Shown here: piece by piece, positions 63,301 through 64,000 of the stretch
How the letters are laid out: each line of letters begins with the position of its first letter
Numbering within the stretch: the stretch's first letter is position 1
Assembly (NCBI GenBank): GCA_965202585.1
Contig: OZ241832.1
Coordinates: forward strand, 41,168,001-41,232,000
Origin: Thalia democratica
Taxonomy: Eukaryota
Reading direction: 5' to 3'
DNA: 64,000 nt
Program-made: the position numbers and the translations under genes
The notes under the pieces: model-generated
The model's database searches: none
The model's input: only the letters and a program-made list of their open reading frames with translations
Told to the model about the DNA's origin: nothing

Positions 63301-63332
63301 TTAAATGCTCTTCGTCTTATTTCGTTATTTGA
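27330..63332 (+). CDS. TEP1: Telomerase protein component 1 / vault minor protein (TROVE-vWA-DUF4062-NACHT-WD40); 44 coding exons, about 2,544 aa
   Basis: Exons join(27330-27869,28135-28284,29220-29342,29432-29593,32468-32606,33249-33375,36418-36575,37006-37115,37292-37409,38924-39008,39841-40025,40097-40225,41001-41175,41564-41663,41809-42087,42145-42385,42829-42956,43016-43144,44022-44228,44412-44647,45626-45780,45903-46042,47388-47515,47788-47925,48426-48641,48836-48994,50605-50747,51901-52197,52389-52515,53140-53321,53618-53934,54625-54918,55213-55358,55454-55584,57532-57726,57892-58040,58139-58379,58501-58712,59418-59551,60454-60591,61487-61611,61932-62038,62682-62783,63195-63332). All GT-AG, 7635 nt, in frame, collinear with recalled human TEP1 motifs from EKK|IEAIKILICSLV to the final WD strand. 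The exon 15/16 junction is ambiguous. AATAAA at 63461. Confidence 0.93.
29220..37409 (+). CDS. TEP1: TEP1 TROVE (RNA-binding) domain exons 3-9
   Basis: DPEFLLKLALYSRQDLNIR, KYFKYCINLPSD, PSCLRKAMIEKFPDFSEYQLAKYN, LRRLHIAHPAKHVMAILGKKYP, MKLKVPDTWE, GNKPSVWQKL, YMACLRNIRN, RQFP. Confidence 0.93.
30130..30483. mobile_element. MITE with caattcaaattcggacaactcaaattc-type termini, copy 1
   Basis: ttcaaattccgacaactcaaattc and gaatttgagttgttgaactttgaa; interior matches the reverse complement of the 49.7-kb copy. Confidence 0.7.
31035..31190 (+). mobile_element. Degenerate hAT-like MITE fragment in TEP1 intron 4
   Basis: aaaactgcggcctgcaa, ctgcagcctgcaa, aaaatgcccaccaaa. Confidence 0.55.
31505..31913. 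mobile_element. CAGGGTTGCC-family MITE, copy 1
   Basis: Ends caggactacc and tagcaaccctg; internal aaaacctggaa repeats. Confidence 0.8.
33800..34090. repeat. Foldback element (arms about 33819-33864 and 34039-34085)
   Basis: aaatctctctcctcc...aagcaatgtttttcaaattt versus aaattttgaagaagattgctt...ggagaagatagattt. Confidence 0.65.
35123..35165 (+). ncRNA. Degenerate hammerhead-like core in a TEP1 intron
   Basis: CTGACGA(35130-35136)-cgattttgacc-GAAAC(35148-35152)-tGAC; cleavage triplet and stems are imperfect. Confidence 0.3.
35267..35481. mobile_element. CAGGGTTGCC-family MITE, copy 2 (internally deleted)
   Basis: Ends cagggttgccaaa and tagcatccctg; cctggaa motifs. Confidence 0.8.
35616..35994. 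mobile_element. CAGGGTTGCC-family MITE, copy 3
   Basis: Perfect TIR cagggttgccactt and aagtggcaaccctg; tatat-like flanks. Confidence 0.9.
39841..41900 (+). CDS. TEP1: TEP1 vWA-like region exons 11-15
   Basis: LLDRYRKSLNEAIEVSVRCNLPPIKGHNIIF, ILMSLMCAYTSE, GLLKN, FDKLIIFG, IKGYSDQMLRFISE. Confidence 0.85.
41995..43144 (+). CDS. TEP1: TEP1 DUF4062 (TIR/NDT-like fold) region, interrupted
   Basis: LKVFISST...FKDMHGERNTLVRSILPDLQ, VECDLRWGI, TCLKQVLECQLFLGFLGQRYGW, MSITHLEM. Confidence 0.9.
44412..48994 (+). CDS. TEP1: TEP1 NACHT NTPase region
   Basis: Walker A IFIRGDVGVGKSAFL; Walker B RFLIGVDAVDLL; WVPEVLPSN; YGKSLD; PIYLHML. Confidence 0.9.
46096..47240. mobile_element. hAT-like MITE in TEP1 intron 22
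   Basis: TIRs aggggtgggcaacgt and acgttgcccacccct; about 9 subterminal GGGCCGGAT motifs; GTAACT on both flanks; no coding capacity. Confidence 0.9.
47983..48369. mobile_element. CAGGGTTGCC-family MITE, copy 4
   Basis: Ends aagggttgccaaa and tttggcagtcttt; aaacctggaa motifs; internal sequence similar to copies 1 and 3. Confidence 0.75.
49720..50148. mobile_element. Same MITE family, copy 2, opposite orientation
   Basis: attcaaattcggataattcaaattccga and tcggaatttgagttgtccgaatttgaat. Confidence 0.75.
52389..63332 (+). CDS. TEP1: TEP1 WD40 repeat region exons 29-44
   Basis: Repeated WD-like units: SGHLDGDLVVWN, EGHKKEITSI, SSMDGKMKLY, SVSFHP, VVGTWSG, TGGKDGSIKFWN, AHADWIT, GCHDGSIKIW, SEDGCLRIW, DGKLLKMWK. 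Confidence 0.9.
52711..52747. other. GC-rich hairpin followed by a T run, in TEP1 intron 29
   Basis: tcgcctcgtac-ttctt-gtacg(c)aggcga then ctgtttttt. Confidence 0.8.
55001..55160. repeat. Short interspersed element with a TTAGGG-like motif (related copy 31940-32010)
   Basis: ttaggggtaacagtggtagtaaaa (55021) versus ttaggggtaacagtgatagtaaaa (31983), 23 of 24 identical. Confidence 0.65.
56866..56990. repeat. Inverted repeat (arms about 46 bp) with a decayed hammerhead-like sequence
   Basis: Arms 56866-56911 and 56943-56990. The left arm read on the minus strand gives CTGACGAcgcatttgaaagtacttcaagc, resembling the 4.5-kb stem II (tttga...ttcaagc). Confidence 0.7.
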
Positions 63333-63460
63333 AGTTTTCCATCGAATTTACACTTTTATCCAAAAACATAGTGTTTGTACTGAAATATATTTTTGTTGAA
63401 CTGTAAATTCTGAATCAGCTTTTATCAATTCATCATAGAATCACATAAAAGTTGCAATTT

Positions 63461-63466
63461 AATAAA
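63461..63466 (+). promoter_or_regulatory. Putative polyadenylation signal of TEP1
   Basis: First AATAAA downstream of the stop, about 130 nt away. Confidence 0.5.
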
Positions 63467-64000
63467 GGTTATACTAATTTGCAATACTGTTATTTTTTAG
63501 TTTGTTTTTCTACCATTAAGTTGTAATATTATACACATTCCATCTTTTGAGTATTATGTTTGCTAATACTGAAAAATTTGTTTTAAAAATTGTTATACTT
63601 CTGTTTCACGTGAATCTTTCTCAAAGTGTAAAATAAAAGTTAAGATTTTTGCAAATTTCATTTTCTCTATGTTATTTTTCTACACTTCGTAATTTTTTTA
63701 TTTTTTTGATCTTTAAGCTTAAATTTTATTTTAGAAGAAAAAACCCAATGTATGTACTTAAAATTAGTTGTTAGTAAAACAAAAACTTAAATGTATCAAA
63801 AACTAACATCCTTATCTTTTTTATAAGTTAGAATACAATGTTTTGATAATTTTTTCAGGTGAATAAAAACCAATAATTTTTAGATTTTTCTATTCGTACT
63901 GAAAGTATAGACTGCACTGAACGTCCATCAACAATTTGCGAGACAGCCTTCTGCCATTTTCGTCGTATAAGAAGTCGTTAGCCTAATAATGATGAAACCA

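Overview
Very AT-rich, intron-rich eukaryotic DNA from an invertebrate animal (inferred from gene content; the species cannot be determined here). There are no prokaryotic features and no CRISPR, rRNA or intact tRNA. Two complete + strand genes can be assembled by hand from GT-AG exons with consistent phases. (1) A 9-exon secreted astacin metalloprotease (9291-19271, about 357 aa): signal peptide, antistasin-like 6-Cys domain, pro-peptide, furin site, astacin domain with a variant zinc motif, and a C-terminal ShK domain. (2) A 44-exon TEP1 orthologue (telomerase/vault protein component 1; 27330-63332, about 2,540 aa): TROVE, vWA-like, DUF4062, NACHT and WD40 repeats. Its DUF4062 signature is split by an insertion and carries an E-to-Q change. 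Introns and intergenic DNA contain several MITE families, SINE/LINE relics and foldback repeats. The least expected signals are a set of type I hammerhead-ribozyme-like motifs (best at 4509-4576 and 4763-4830, arranged as a divergent inverted pair, with others near 22.3, 35.1 and 56.9 kb) and an unlisted minus-strand reading frame with tandem VKPVVQMK (PxVxM-like) repeats at 3677-3967. All gene models are manual; comparisons with human TEP1 and family consensus motifs come from recalled knowledge, not database searches.
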